A stretch of DNA of 61,680 nt, the filler included, from Piptocephalis cylindrospora (taxonomy: Eukaryota): the NCBI GenBank assembly GCA_003614145.1. It is 11 parts of 11 records of this genome, joined end to end, with 100 filler letters (N's around TTAATTAATTAA, not from the genome) between each part and the next. Parts side by side here need not be neighbours in the genome. Positions count along the whole stretch, not along the records: positions 45,007 to 50,514 come from KZ988383.1; positions 50,615 to 56,115 come from KZ988384.1; positions 56,216 to 61,680 come from KZ988385.1; 8 more parts are not named here. One strand, given 5' to 3'. Within the stretch, counting starts at the first letter, position 1. Each line of letters begins with the position of its first letter. Positions 50,064-61,680 of this stretch are shown piece by piece. The notes beneath the pieces were generated by a model. The model was not told the DNA's origin and searched no databases. It saw nothing but the letters and a program-made list of their open reading frames with translations. The translations under genes were made by a program, and so were the position numbers.

Positions 50064-51400
50064 GGTAGAGAAGGAGCGGAGGAAGGATGAGACAAGAGAG
50101 CTAGGACAGATCAACCGATGAAGGCAGGACGCCAAAGATAATTGCGTGAGTCAGGATCATTGTTGGTTTTTATAGCTGGATGAGTTTGTAGTGGGAGACT
50201 CATCTGGTGTGTTGGCCAATCCTTCACTCGTTAAGTAAGGGGAAAGGTAATGGATGTGTGGGGGGAGGGAGAGAGGACACCCTCTCAACTCCCAAGGGCA
50301 AGTAGGAGACAGAGCAGCAGCAGCAGCAGCATCCACACACACACACCCCAGGTGCCCCTGTGAAGGGGGGAGGAGAGATACCGAGCACATTGTGAGGAGA
50401 GGAGAGTTACTGGATAGCCCCACCGCTCCGATTGGCCTAAAGAGAGGGGAGCTTTGGTATGGTTGACCACATTATCACCTGTCATCACGATATCCTGCCC
50501 CCTATCAGATCAATNNNNNNNNNNNNNNNNNNNNNNNNNNNNNNNNNNNNNNNNNNNNTTAATTAATTAANNNNNNNNNNNNNNNNNNNNNNNNNNNNNN
50601 NNNNNNNNNNNNNNGTTTCTTCTCTCACTCCCTCCCTTACCCCCTCTTTCACCCCCTCTCTCTCCACCAAGGTCCAAGGGCAAGGGTGTTAATCGGGTGA
50701 TGCTGGGCTTGGGAGTGCCGAAATGATGAGAGAAAGGCATGGTCCATTCCTCCATCCCCTTTTCTCTCTCTCTCTCTCGATCAAGGCCCCAGGATAAGAA
50801 TGTTAACATCAAGTGGATTAGGGTGAAGAGGGTAGGTTATGATCCTCTCTTCCCCCTTTATCCATTCCGTTGTTGTTCCAAATCGATCATGTACAGTGTC
50901 AGGTAGTCCTATTTAATTCATCCCCTCCCCCCTTCTTTTTTTCCCTTGTTTATCGGCACTTGTTCAATGTACACGCCTTTACCCATGTTTTTGTGTCTGT
51001 CCTTTTTACCGAGCCATGATGGTGTATTATTTAGTATAAAAATAATGAGATTTGATAATCTGCCCTGATATGGAGTGTGCCGTACAGCTAAGGATAAAGG
51101 TGTAGAGCCGCTTTATTTCCCCTCAATGCAGCGGATAGACTAATGGATATTCGAACACAATACCCATCTTTCTCGGCGAGGATACCTTCGATAGGCTCTT
51201 CTAGGTCGTGTGCGGAGTCAGAGCCAGGGTCTCTGCCCTCTTGGGTCATGGTGCGCGTTGTCAGAGACTTGGAGGAAGTACGTGTGGGTATAAAAATGGC
51301 GGTTGATTGTGCATTACCCGCACCCTTCTTCCTCCCATCCACCCTCTTCATTTTCCCTTCCATCGTACCATCCATTTTCCTTGATAGTCCTTCAGACAAC

Positions 51401-53071
51401 ATGGATCTCTCTTCTCTCTCCACTGCCTTGCACGAAGAGGTTACTACTACCAACGGTACGACATGATGCATTAGACTGTGCTTGGATCTTTCTCCTCACA
51501 TCTTTACCTCGTAGATTCTCCTGCTGCAACCCCAAAGGCTGAGGATGGCCCCAAGATTCATAATGACACTAAAGAAGGAGTAGATAGCACAAAAATGGAA
51601 GAGAAGCCCCAGGCAGAGGCAGAAGAAGTCCAGGAAGAACCAGAGGAAGAACCACCCGTCAGGGAAACTGAAGCCGAGGTCGAGGTTCATCTTCACAACT
51701 CGGACTCCCCCTTGGCTACCGCGACCAGCTTTGAGGATCTAGGCCTGTACGTCTTTCGGGGGATATGAATTATTCTCCAACTACTATTCACTCAATCCCT
51801 CATCCCCACGTACCTTACCTTCCCTCTAAATAGAAAAGAAGACATCCTCAAGGGCGTGTATGGCATGAAGTTTGTCAAACCTTCCAAGATCCAGGAGCGT
51901 GCCCTTCCTCTTCTTCTCTCCGATCCTCCCACCAACATGATCGGCCAATCTCAATCTGGCACGGGCAAGACCGCTGCCTTCACCCTGACCATGCTCTCCC
52001 GCATCAATCCCTCCGAGGATACGCCCCAGGCCCTGTGCCTTGCCCCTGCCCGTGAATTGGCTATCCAAATCAAGGAAGTGGTGGATGAGATGGGTAGATA
52101 CACCGGTATTCGCACTTACTTGGCCTGTGGGGGTGAGCCCGTACCCCGCTCCCCGGTCCGGGACCACATTATTATTGGGACCCCAGGGAGAGTCCAGGAC
52201 ATGATGAAGCGCAACACCCTCAACACCAAGGCCATCAGTGTCTTTGTTCTCGATGAGGCTGATAACATGATCGATCAACAGGGTCTCGGTGATCAAAGTA
52301 TGCGCATCCGTCGTATGATGCCTGCCTCCTCCCAAGTCATCCTCTTCTCCGCCACTTTCCCTGACGAGGTCCGCGCTTACGCCCAGCGCTTTGCCCCCAA
52401 CTCCAACATGATCACCCTTAAGGCCGAGGAGCTCTCTGTTGAGGGCATCAAGCAATTCTACATGGATTGTCGCAGTAAGGAGCATAAGCTCGAGATTCTC
52501 ACTGCCCTCTACTCCCTCCTGACTATTGGCCAATCTATGATCTTTTGTAATGTAAGTCTTTCGAAGGAGCTCTCTTTGCGGGTGTACATCTCATCCACAT
52601 CATCTCCTATCCTCCCTAAACCCACTCACTTACTGGCAGCATCGGGACACGGCTGATGAGGTGGCCAGGACCATGACTGCTCAGGGTCATACAGTCGTAT
52701 CTCTCCACGGGAAAATGGAGGCTGCAGAGCGAGACAGGGTCCTCAAGGACTTCCGAGACGGGAAGACCAAGGTTCTTGTTTCCACCAATGTCATTGCCCG
52801 AGGTATTGATATCCTTCAAGTCAACATGGTCGTCAATATGGATTTACCTGTTGATCTTCATGGCCTTCCCGATCCCGAAACCTACCTTCATCGTATTGGC
52901 CGCACCGGTCGATTTGGCCGGAAGGGCGTTTCCATTAACTTGGTCCATGATCCCATGTCCTGGAAGGTTATGAATGCCATTCAAGATCACTTTGGTAAGC
53001 AGATCATCCGGGTCCCCACGGATAATTATGATGAGATTGAAGAGTTCCTCCGTCGGTATGGCGTTCACTGA
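51401..53071 (+). CDS. DBP5: DEAD-box mRNA export helicase DBP5/DDX19 (4 exons)
   Basis: [13 protein letters not shown]...[56 protein letters not shown]. Confidence 0.97.
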
Positions 53072-53453
53072 GGTGGGAGAGAGAGGGGGAGACCATGGCT
53101 CTGATAGTATAAAGATGAGGAAGATGAGTTGGTGTGGTTTACTCGTCTCTTAAAAGTAGTATGAATTCTCTGACTTGGATTAAGCCGGGATTGGTTTCTT
53201 GAGACCCCGTTTGGGGACTCTGTGTCCCGCTTGTTTACACACATCGCCACCACAGTAAATACAGAGGAATCAGACCGGCTGGGAAGATGCTCCATGTTTT
53301 GATGCGCACACTGGGATCGGATGTCAGTGCACCAAGTTCATCTGACAGCGCCTCTTACCGACAGTCTTTCTCTTATCCTTCAACATCATCTTTTCCTTCC
53401 TTCATCTTAAATAGCGCCTCTTCCTCATCCGTGCATCCTCATTTCCTTTCAAA

Positions 53454-53895
53454 ATGCTCATCAAAGTCAAGGTGTGTATATACAGTCCATCTTTTCTATT
53501 TTACTTCAAGCACTCATCACCCGCCTTGCCATCTTCAACACTAGACCTTGACCGGGAACGAGGTGAGTCCTTGCAATATGCACTCTTATCGTCTTCCCAC
53601 CCTCACCTCACTTCCACTTAGATTGAGCTAGATATCGAGCCCAAGGATACGGTAAGTACTGGAATGCTCATTGCGTTTACCTACATATCACACCGTTCAT
53701 CCTCCCCGCCCACCTGGTCAGATCCGCCGAATCAAGGAGCGGCTGGAGGAAAAGGAAGGAATCCCTCCAGCACAACAGCGACTCATCTACGGAGGGAAGC
53801 AGCTGGCCGATGATCGGGTAGCCGAAGCCTGCGGCATTGAAGGAGGCACCGTTCTTCACTTGGTCCTGGCCTTGCGTGGAGGATCTTGCTGCTAG
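53454..53895 (+). CDS. NEDD8: NEDD8/Rub1 precursor (exons 53454-53471, 53545-53562, 53622-53651, 53722-53895)
   Basis: Spliced product [79 protein letters not shown]; Ala72 diagnostic of NEDD8. Confidence 0.95.
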
Positions 53896-53923
53896 GACTA
53901 GCTTAATGGAGGGGAGAGAGGAA

Positions 53924-53926
<3 letters not shown>

Positions 53927-53956
<30 letters not shown>
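53927..53956. repeat. (AG)n microsatellite
   Basis: About 15 AG units just downstream of NEDD8. Confidence 0.9.
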
Positions 53957-53958
<2 letters not shown>

Positions 53959-54185
53959 GAGGGAGAGGATGTGATCATCACCCCACCTGACGGGTAGAGA
54001 GAATACATGCCAGATACTCTTGAATCAACATGCCATCTGAATAGGATTGTCTGTGAGAAGGGCAATAGCATGGTATGTAATATCATTTGTTCATCAATCA
54101 CACTTGCAAAAGATAAGCCTTCGCCTGCATTTCCAACCTTCGTCCTCCTGAAAAAAAAATCATTCATCTCTTCTCTCGACAGTCT

Positions 54186-56115
54186 CTAGTAAACGCGCTT
54201 GAAAGGAGGGACGGGCTTGCACTCGGCCTCATCCAGAGTGGTGTCGGTGACGTGACGGTATTTGAGGGTGACCTCCTTGGTGACAGGATCCTGCCAGGAG
54301 AGGGTGTGCTTCATCCAGTTGGTATCATCACGCTCCTGGAAATCTTCACGGGCATGGGCACCCCGAGACTCTTTACGGGCGGCGGCCGAGGCCATGGTCT
54401 GGGTAGCGCAGGTCAGGAGGTTCTGGAGCTCAAGGGTCTCGACGAGATCAGTGTTCCAGATAGTGGATCGGTCGGTGACGCCGACCTTGACAAAGGACTT
54501 GTCGACCTCGGTGATGCGCTCCAGACCGGTATCCAGAGATTCCTGGGTACGGAAGACGGCAGCATCGGTCTGCATGACCTTTTGCATGCGGAGACGCAGG
54601 TCAGCGGTCGGGGTGGGGCCTGAAGCTTGACGAAGCTTGTCAAAGTTTTCTACTGTGGCGACACCAGCGTTGGCGGGGAGATCCTTGTGGGGAGTACCGG
54701 GCTTCAAGGTCTCGCCAATGTGGTGGGCACACGCCCGGCCAAAGACGACAATGTCCAGAAGGGAGTTGGCGCCAAGGCGATTGGCCCCGTGGACAGAGAC
54801 GCAAGCAGCCTCCCCGGCGGCATACAAACCGGGAACGACTCGATCCTTGCCATCACGGTGGTCGATAACCTCGCCGGTATACTTGGTGGGGATGCCACCC
54901 ATGTTGTAGTGGACAGTGGGGAGGACGGGGATGGGCTCTTTGGTGACGTCGACGCCTGCAAAGATAGCGGCGGTCTCGGAAATACCGGGAAGACGCTCAT
55001 GAAGGACCTCAGCGGGGAGATGGGAGAGCTGAAGGTGGATGTGATCAGCCTCGGGTCCAACACCCCGACCCTCACGGATTTCCATGGTCATACTGCGGGA
55101 AACGACGTCCCGGGAGGCTAGATCCTTAGCGGTGGGGGCGTACCGTTCCATGAACCGTTCGCCTTTTCCATTCAGCAAGTAACCACCTTCTCCTCGGGAA
55201 CCTTCGGTGATGAGGCAGCCAGCACCGTAGATACCGGTGGGGTGGAACTGGACAAATTCCAAATCCTGGAGGGGAAGGCCAGCACGGGCGACCATGGCAT
55301 TGTCATCTCCGGTGCAAGTGTGGGCGGAAGTGCAAGAAAAGTAAGCACGTCCGTATCCACCGGTGGCCAAGACGGTCTTGTGGGAGCGGAAACGATGCAG
55401 GGTACCGTCCTCCATGTTGAGGGCAATGACACCACGACACGCACCATCCTCATCCATAATAAGATCCAGGGCAAAATATTCGATAAAATACTGAGTGTCA
55501 TGACGGAGGGATTGTCCATAGAGGGTATGGAGGATGGAGTGACCGGTTCGATCGGCGACAGCGGCACACCGGTAGGCCTGGCCTCCCTTGCCAAATTCGA
55601 GGGACTGCCCTCCAAAGGCTCTCTGGTAGATCTTACCCTCTTCGGTCCGAGAGAAGGGGACACCGTACCTCTCGAGCTCAATGACGGTCTTGGGGGCCTC
55701 GCGGCACATGTAATGAATGGCATCCTGGTCACCTATAGAGGATGAGGATGTGAGTGAGGAAGGTCATGCAGATAGATAAATTGTGTCTTTTTTTCCTTAT
55801 CGCTCAGATCTCAATCACTTACCTAACCAGTCGCTACCCTTAACGGTATCATACATATGCCACCGCCAGTCATCACGGGTCATATTGCCAAGAGCAGCGT
55901 TGATGCCACCCTGAGCAGCTACAGTGTGGGAGCGGGTAGGGAAAAGCTTGGTGATGCAAGCGGTCTTGAGGCCCTGCTCAGCCAGACCAAAGGCGGCACG
56001 CAGACCGGAGCCACCGGCACCGACAACGACAGCATCAAAGGTATGATCGATAATGGGGTACTTTTTCAGGACATCAGAGTGGGCTGCACCTCCTGGGGCA
56101 GGGGAGGCCTGGCGA
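54186..56115 (-). CDS. SDH1: Succinate dehydrogenase flavoprotein subunit (5' truncated, one intron ~55822-55733)
   Basis: [32 protein letters not shown] (FAD-His), [41 protein letters not shown]-terminal VPPFKRVY. Confidence 0.98.
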
Positions 56116-56477
56116 NNNNNNNNNNNNNNNNNNNNNNNNNNNNNNNNNNNNNNNNNNNNTTAATTAATTAANNNNNNNNNNNNNNNNNNNNNNNNNNNNN
56201 NNNNNNNNNNNNNNNTACTGGGTGTATGAGATGTGGGTCAAATATATAGAGGGGAAGCAGAAAGAGTCATCTCGCGCCGGATGCTCCTCTTCAGCACCAC
56301 TGGAGCTCACTGGTCCAGATGAAAGCCATGGTAACCAGATATACCAAAGGCACATGGATTCAATCATCGATTGGACATCTGTGGTTGGGGCAATCTACCA
56401 TCTTTGCACCACCGCCACCACCACGTCACCTTGCGCTTAGACAAGGTAATAGAAGTAGGAGGAATCCTCCGGAGGCG

Positions 56478-56577
56478 AGAAGGAAAGATATGACTCACTA
56501 TGCCTAAACCTCGTACAAGCTGGTCAAGAAGAAAAAAATATGACTCACTATGCCTAACCTCATACAAAAAGCTAGGC
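56478..56577. promoter_or_regulatory. 50-bp tandem repeat x2, each unit carrying a TGACTCA (AP-1/Gcn4-type) site
   Basis: ATATGACTCACTATGCCTAA at 56488 and 56538; TGACTCA at 56491 and 56541; about 700 bp upstream of the secreted orphan. Confidence 0.5.
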
Positions 56578-57265
56578 GAGTCATTACTACTTACGCCTTA
56601 ATGATGGGATGGTTGAGGTATTGATAGAAGGGTTGTCCGCACTTCACGGTCAGGTTCCTTGCACGTTGTCTATCCATAGTTCACGCCCCTTCATGGCCAG
56701 GTGACAAGCCCTCGTTCCATGGCCCAATAGTCTTAAGGCCTAGTACATTGCTAACTGCCTCAGCCCCTGTCCCAGTGGAATCCAAATTGTACAGCTAAAC
56801 CTTGTAGCGCCATGTCTTGCTATGTTCCCCTTGTTACAGTCTCCGACAAGACCGGATCCCCTCTAGGAGCAAGCTAAGGCGAGGATCCGATAACAGCCTT
56901 GGCAGCCAAGGCTATGTACCATGGATGGCGGAGTAAAAGGCTGAGTATGGATAGTTGCATACTCCGTCATGGGGCGGGGATAGGAGGACAGAGGAGAATG
57001 AAGCCCCCGACCATCCTTCTACTCTTCATAAAAAGGGCCATGACTGGGGCTCTTTCGCCGCACTTCCTTGTTCCTTCCTTCTATACTCCCCACTCCCCAT
57101 CACCCGCCCCTGCTCCTCGTTAACAGCACCAACTCATTCACGCGTCCCGCTTCTCTCTCTATCCCTCCCAGACCCTACAGCTCCCATCACTCACACTCAC
57201 TGACGATACCCCATTTGCTCCTGCCCTCAAAGCTACTCTCCATCTCTTCCTCTCCTTCATTCACG

Positions 57266-58591
57266 ATGATTTCATCCCGTATCCTCATTGCCCTGGTTTT
57301 GGGCTCCTCCGCCTTGGCCCTTCCCTCCCAGATCTATCCTCCCGATAAGGATTACAGGAATAACCCTCCCAAATTCCTCGGAAACGATTTCTATTCCGAT
57401 GTGAGTTATCCTCATAACTACGAAAACCATCCCAACGCCTACGAGAACCACCTCATCCCCCACAAGAACCACCTCAACACGCCCTCCGAGCCAATCCCCG
57501 ATCCATCATCTTCTATCTCTCCTACGAAGAAGGATTCATCATCTCGACCTTTCATGCGGTACTTGAAAAAGCTTGTTCCTCCGTTCGCACGTAAAAAGGA
57601 CTCACTGCCCACCGATATCCTCTTCGAATGGAAAACCTCAAAGAACTTTGAAATTGCTTCCAAAAAGTACCAGCCGACTGTTTTAGAGGTTGGGAATCAT
57701 ATTAATGATCCAAAGTATCTTCATACGTTACCCGTTGACAAGCAAAGAGAATTCAGCGCATGGCTGGGAGCTTTCGAGAAGGTGGTTTCCCAGTTGGACC
57801 AGGGGAGAGCCACTCTGAAAATCCTTGAAAGTAAGCTTCCCGAAACTTTTACGTACCGCCGTGCCACGAAGGTGGATGCGCTTCCCGTGATTGCCAGTCT
57901 GAAAATTTCCATAAAGAGCCTTTCACCTATTTACCAAGGTTTGGAGAAAACCATATATCCTTCTAATAAGGGTACGCCTAAGTACGTTCAGCAAATCATC
58001 AAAAACGTGCTCAAAATCAGTGATAAAGGCTCCTTCGTCTCTGTCAAGAATATCGCCCATGCCTACGCCCCGAAACTTAAGATGAATATCGACAATGATT
58101 ATTACAGTGCAACCCCTATTGAGACGGTTGTAGATCAGCTTCCTTTAATCTACCACTCCCTACGGGCTTTCTATTTGTTCGATACAGTCATAAAAACGAT
58201 CAATGACTTGAAAAGTAAACCCATCTCGGAAAGTGAATCCTCGAAAGAACTCATCAAGATCGAGAAAAATTATGCTGACTCCCTGGGCACTCTAGGAGCC
58301 GACGGGTTTACAATAATCGAAATTCTCAATGAAAAGGATAAGGAGGACCTGAAGAAGCTTCCTAATGCAGTTCACGGAGTAGTTAAGGACCCCAAGAAGG
58401 CTTCTGACGAGACTATACCCATCACGCTCTTAAAGATGAAAAATGGCTACCGAATGGTCACGAAGCGGCTGCTCATTTTACTTCGAGAAACTTTAACTGT
58501 GACCGGTCATATTTCGAACCAATATCAAGCCACGAAGGAGATGTTTGAAAAGACCTTGCCACACTCCGCAAAAAAACCCCCTATGTCCTAA
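57266..58591 (+). CDS. Secreted orphan protein, 441 aa, intronless
   Basis: Signal peptide MISSRILIALVLGSSALA|LP; His/Asn/Pro-rich N-terminus then Lys-rich helical region; no Cys; no recognisable domain. Confidence 0.8.
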   Translation: MISSRILIALVLGSSALALPSQIYPPDKDYRNNPPKFLGNDFYSDVSYPHNYENHPNAYENHLIPHKNHLNTPSEPIPDPSSSISPTKKDSSSRPFMRYLKKLVPPFARKKDSLPTDILFEWKTSKNFEIASKKYQPTVLEVGNHINDPKYLHTLPVDKQREFSAWLGAFEKVVSQLDQGRATLKILESKLPETFTYRRATKVDALPVIASLKISIKSLSPIYQGLEKTIYPSNKGTPKYVQQIIKNVLKISDKGSFVSVKNIAHAYAPKLKMNIDNDYYSATPIETVVDQLPLIYHSLRAFYLFDTVIKTINDLKSKPISESESSKELIKIEKNYADSLGTLGADGFTIIEILNEKDKEDLKKLPNAVHGVVKDPKKASDETIPITLLKMKNGYRMVTKRLLILLRETLTVTGHISNQYQATKEMFEKTLPHSAKKPPMS

Positions 58592-60497
58592 AGAACACGG
58601 CCGAGTCTTACTCCCCTATCCGATGGTGCTTTCTCCTCTTTCCCCTCGCCCGTATTGATCGTGAAAATACGTGCTCAGATCCCCGAGGGCCTTTCCCTTA
58701 CTAGGCATCCCAATACACCTTTCCGTTTTTGGCCGATACTTTAATATGTATAAGCATTTTAGGGGATCCCTCTGTAGGAGATGAGGATAGCTAACTATTT
58801 TATTATTGGCCTTTTTTTACTAGCATAACGAGTAATATGTCAGTGGGATGACGCGTGCAGCCCCTTTCTATGGACAATCGCGTATATTTCCTGTAAAGAT
58901 CGAGGCACACGTCTTTTTAGTAATACAATAATCATAAAGGATGACCAAAATATATTTAATGCCGGCTCTCGCACCTGCTGTTGCGGGAAACACATGGAGC
59001 GCTTTTGATCATCCGAGCTCTAGCTAGCCCATAACCCATAATCATTTTGGCACTTTGCGGGCCATGGCTGAAGGGTAAATCAATATGGTTTATTCATCCA
59101 TCACATCAGGCGACCCATTCCTGCCAAATCAATGCATTATCCGATAGATGAAGATATCATCACCTTTCGGCCCTTGCATAGATCTCATCCCCTCCAGCTC
59201 TAGTCACTATAGCCAGACGACATTCTTCCGCCCTTGTCCACCTCTTTACCTGTGTAACCTGCATCCACTCGCCCGTCAAAGTGTTCTTCTTTGCTAGGAT
59301 ATGTACACGGTGATGGGCTAGAGCCTTCACCAGGCCTCCATTGGGATGCTTTGATGTTGAAAAAGCTAATAGAGCCTTGAGAGACCTTTATGCACGAAAG
59401 CCTTTTCTTGAGACACTGGTACGCTGAGGATGATTAATGGTTTCGACAGTGTCTACAAGACTCACATCACAGGTATCCATGGGAGCGGCAAGGGAAATAA
59501 ATGGAAAATAAGCACCATACATTTGGCCCTATCTCATCCTTCATCCCGCCCCTCTCTCCCGCTGAGGACTGTCCTAGTGTAATATTCATTCATAAACTCT
59601 TCATAATGCTCCCTCGCGCCTCACAATTTCCCTATAGAAGAAAGAGGGCCCCAGAGGCCCTCCTAAATTCCCTTCTGCCCACATGATGAGTCCCTACGGG
59701 GTAGTCTCTTGTTTAGGTAATCATCAATGCATTCTAATTAGGATAATCCACTTTACACTCCTTCCTTACTAGTACAAACTCTGGTGCTTAACACGCATCC
59801 TATCTCCAATTTTTCATGGATGATTACCGGATCATCATGTCTTCCTTTTCCTAATGGCCCTTTTTGAAAGATGCCTTGATTCTACCCAGGAATTACATTC
59901 TTTTCCCGCCTTTCTTCTCTCTCTTTCCTTGCCATAAGTGACACGCTCGCGCTGTCTTTCCCACCATCCCCATGGCTGCGGCTGGTTCTACACTTGCTTT
60001 AAATCTCCCCTATTGGGATCCTCAGCCCCATTTCTTCATTGACATGTATAGTGTGAGAGGCCCCCTTACTCAAGAAAAGGCGTGTCTATAAGAACCTGTA
60101 AGTCTTGGTTGGCTAGGGGAGAAGACCAAGAATCGTCGACCGTTTTCATCGCACGAGACCCGGCTGCGAGGGAGGAGGGAAAAGATGTAAGGAGGAATCT
60201 GCATTGGCGGGAATAACCTGCAAACAAACAAATACACACAGCGTATATCCAGAGATGGGCCCTTTGGCTCCCCCACTCTATATTGGTAAAACCGTAAACC
60301 AGCACGATCACAAAAGAAAAAGTGGAGAATAATCCGTGCACATCAACTTTAGTCAGTAAGATCCCCAGCACAGGAAGGCGGATATGTAGCTCTGTTATGG
60401 ATGCTAATCAATCAGGGCGGTATACTTACCATACAGATGATGCAGTCAACACATCGAGAGCAGCAGAGCAGCGGGAGACATGAGGCGACCCAGCTGA

Positions 60498-61679
60498 CTA
60501 GGCCATCCAGTCAGCCTTGGGAGCATCAGACGCCCGGTAAGTATACCAAGGGCGATAGCTAATGTCATTCTCTGCCGCCTTCAAAATGTTCGGAGAACCA
60601 GGGCCGCTCATATCGTAAAGAGTGGTATTCGTCTTGACTGTCAGCCATTGGATTGTCACATCGACACTCGTGGTGGCATTCTCAAAGTCGTTGTAGAGCC
60701 CGAGACACATGATTTCAGGATCCATCAATTGCCCCGGAGGGTTGGAGTTGCTGCACTCGGGAAATCCCATCGAGATGCAAGTAAGAGCTTGCATCTTTGG
60801 AGGGAGAGGCGGCTCCTCTACATCCACATTGATCCCGCGGAAATAATCCATAGCCAGCTTTGACTGTTTTTCGGACATTACCAGTGTAGTGGAGATAACC
60901 TGACCTGGGTCGCCTTTAACGGTGTAGGAAATACCTCCAACGGGCTCTTTCGAACAAATAAACGTTGCGTTGCTGGGAGGAATTGTCACCTTTTCGCTCA
61001 CAGGCTCAGGGTTCTTCTTGTCAGGGCCATCAAAAGTAATCGGAGCAGGATTCTTTTCTTTGACAAGTACACCCTTGGGCTCCATGTTGAAATCGTAATC
61101 ATGAAAGTTCTTGGACCCATCCGTCAACCAGGGAAGCCAGGGCTTGACCTTGGGTTCATTCCTTCTCTCAACCAACTCTGCAGGGTAGGAGCTTAAAAAG
61201 GTATAGTGGGACGTTTTGGTAGGGACGGTGAACCATTGAATCTCCACATCTACAGTGGCGGGTCTCTTTTCGTCGTCGCGGTTGAGTATTACAAGACACC
61301 GCTCTTTGGGTTCCATCAACACCATCGATGGGTTGGAGCCGCTGATCTCATCTGTTGTTCCATCATCAAAACTAAGCGCCTGCTCTTGTACTGAACCTAT
61401 GGGAAGCTCAAAGGGCTCTGGTGTCATATTGGCTTTGTCCGCATACTCCTTGGCTTCCTTGGCTGGTAGGAGAAGGGTATGGAAATTCTTGGATCCCTTC
61501 ACAGTATAATCCAGCCCACCGATGGTTTGATTAGAGCACACGATCCCAACGCCCCGGTCTTTGATCTCCAGTTTCCCCGTATATTTGGGAGGGTTCTTGG
61601 ACGCGAGCTCGGATGATCCCTGAGTTCCATCGTTTTGGTCAGGGGGAGTGCTAGCTCCACTGCTGTTTTCAGAAGGAGT
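60498..61679 (-). CDS. Orphan protein with two tandem ~190-aa homologous domains (5' partial)
   Basis: Frame open from the window edge to the stop at 60498; clear internal duplication (see findings). Confidence 0.8.
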   Translation of the reverse strand, partial: TPSENSSGASTPPDQNDGTQGSSELASKNPPKYTGKLEIKDRGVGIVCSNQTIGGLDYTVKGSKNFHTLLLPAKEAKEYADKANMTPEPFELPIGSVQEQALSFDDGTTDEISGSNPSMVLMEPKERCLVILNRDDEKRPATVDVEIQWFTVPTKTSHYTFLSSYPAELVERRNEPKVKPWLPWLTDGSKNFHDYDFNMEPKGVLVKEKNPAPITFDGPDKKNPEPVSEKVTIPPSNATFICSKEPVGGISYTVKGDPGQVISTTLVMSEKQSKLAMDYFRGINVDVEEPPLPPKMQALTCISMGFPECSNSNPPGQLMDPEIMCLGLYNDFENATTSVDVTIQWLTVKTNTTLYDMSGPGSPNILKAAENDISYRPWYTYRASDAPKADWMA

Positions 61680-61680
61680 G

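Overview
Eukaryotic, fungal nuclear DNA: compact genes, short spliceosomal introns, fungal-type ubiquitin, a Csm1/Pcs1 monopolin subunit and a GprK-type 7TM-RGS. An early-diverging fungus (e.g. Zoopagomycota) is plausible but cannot be proven from the sequence alone. The window is not contiguous: it is 11 unrelated ~5.5-kb contigs, sorted by decreasing length and joined by an artificial 100-bp N44-TTAATTAATTAA-N44 linker, so neighbourhood across linkers is meaningless. Recognisable genes: two J-domain proteins, OLA1, an F-box ORF, UBP3/USP10, NUP42/AMO1, di-ubiquitin, 7TM-RGS, a receiver domain, an NSUN-type methyltransferase, exportin-5/MSN5, MRPS17, an ankyrin protein, an ABCB/MDR transporter, tRNA-Asn, a SAM-type mitochondrial carrier, CSM1/PCS1, ARP10, NFS1, DBP5, NEDD8, SDH1 and several orphan proteins. 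Mobile DNA: a complete dead Tc1 element, two Ty3/Gypsy pol remnants, and a short LTR family with a 21-bp terminal palindrome and mostly TG...TA ends. Most notable: an exportin-5 gene whose consecutive exons lie on opposite strands (probably an amplification chimera), an orphan protein built of a duplicated unrecognised beta-rich domain beside a secreted effector-like orphan, the hairpin-ended LTR family, NEDD8 with an -SCC tail, an SDH1 TGDG>TGDD change, and a GC-AG intron.
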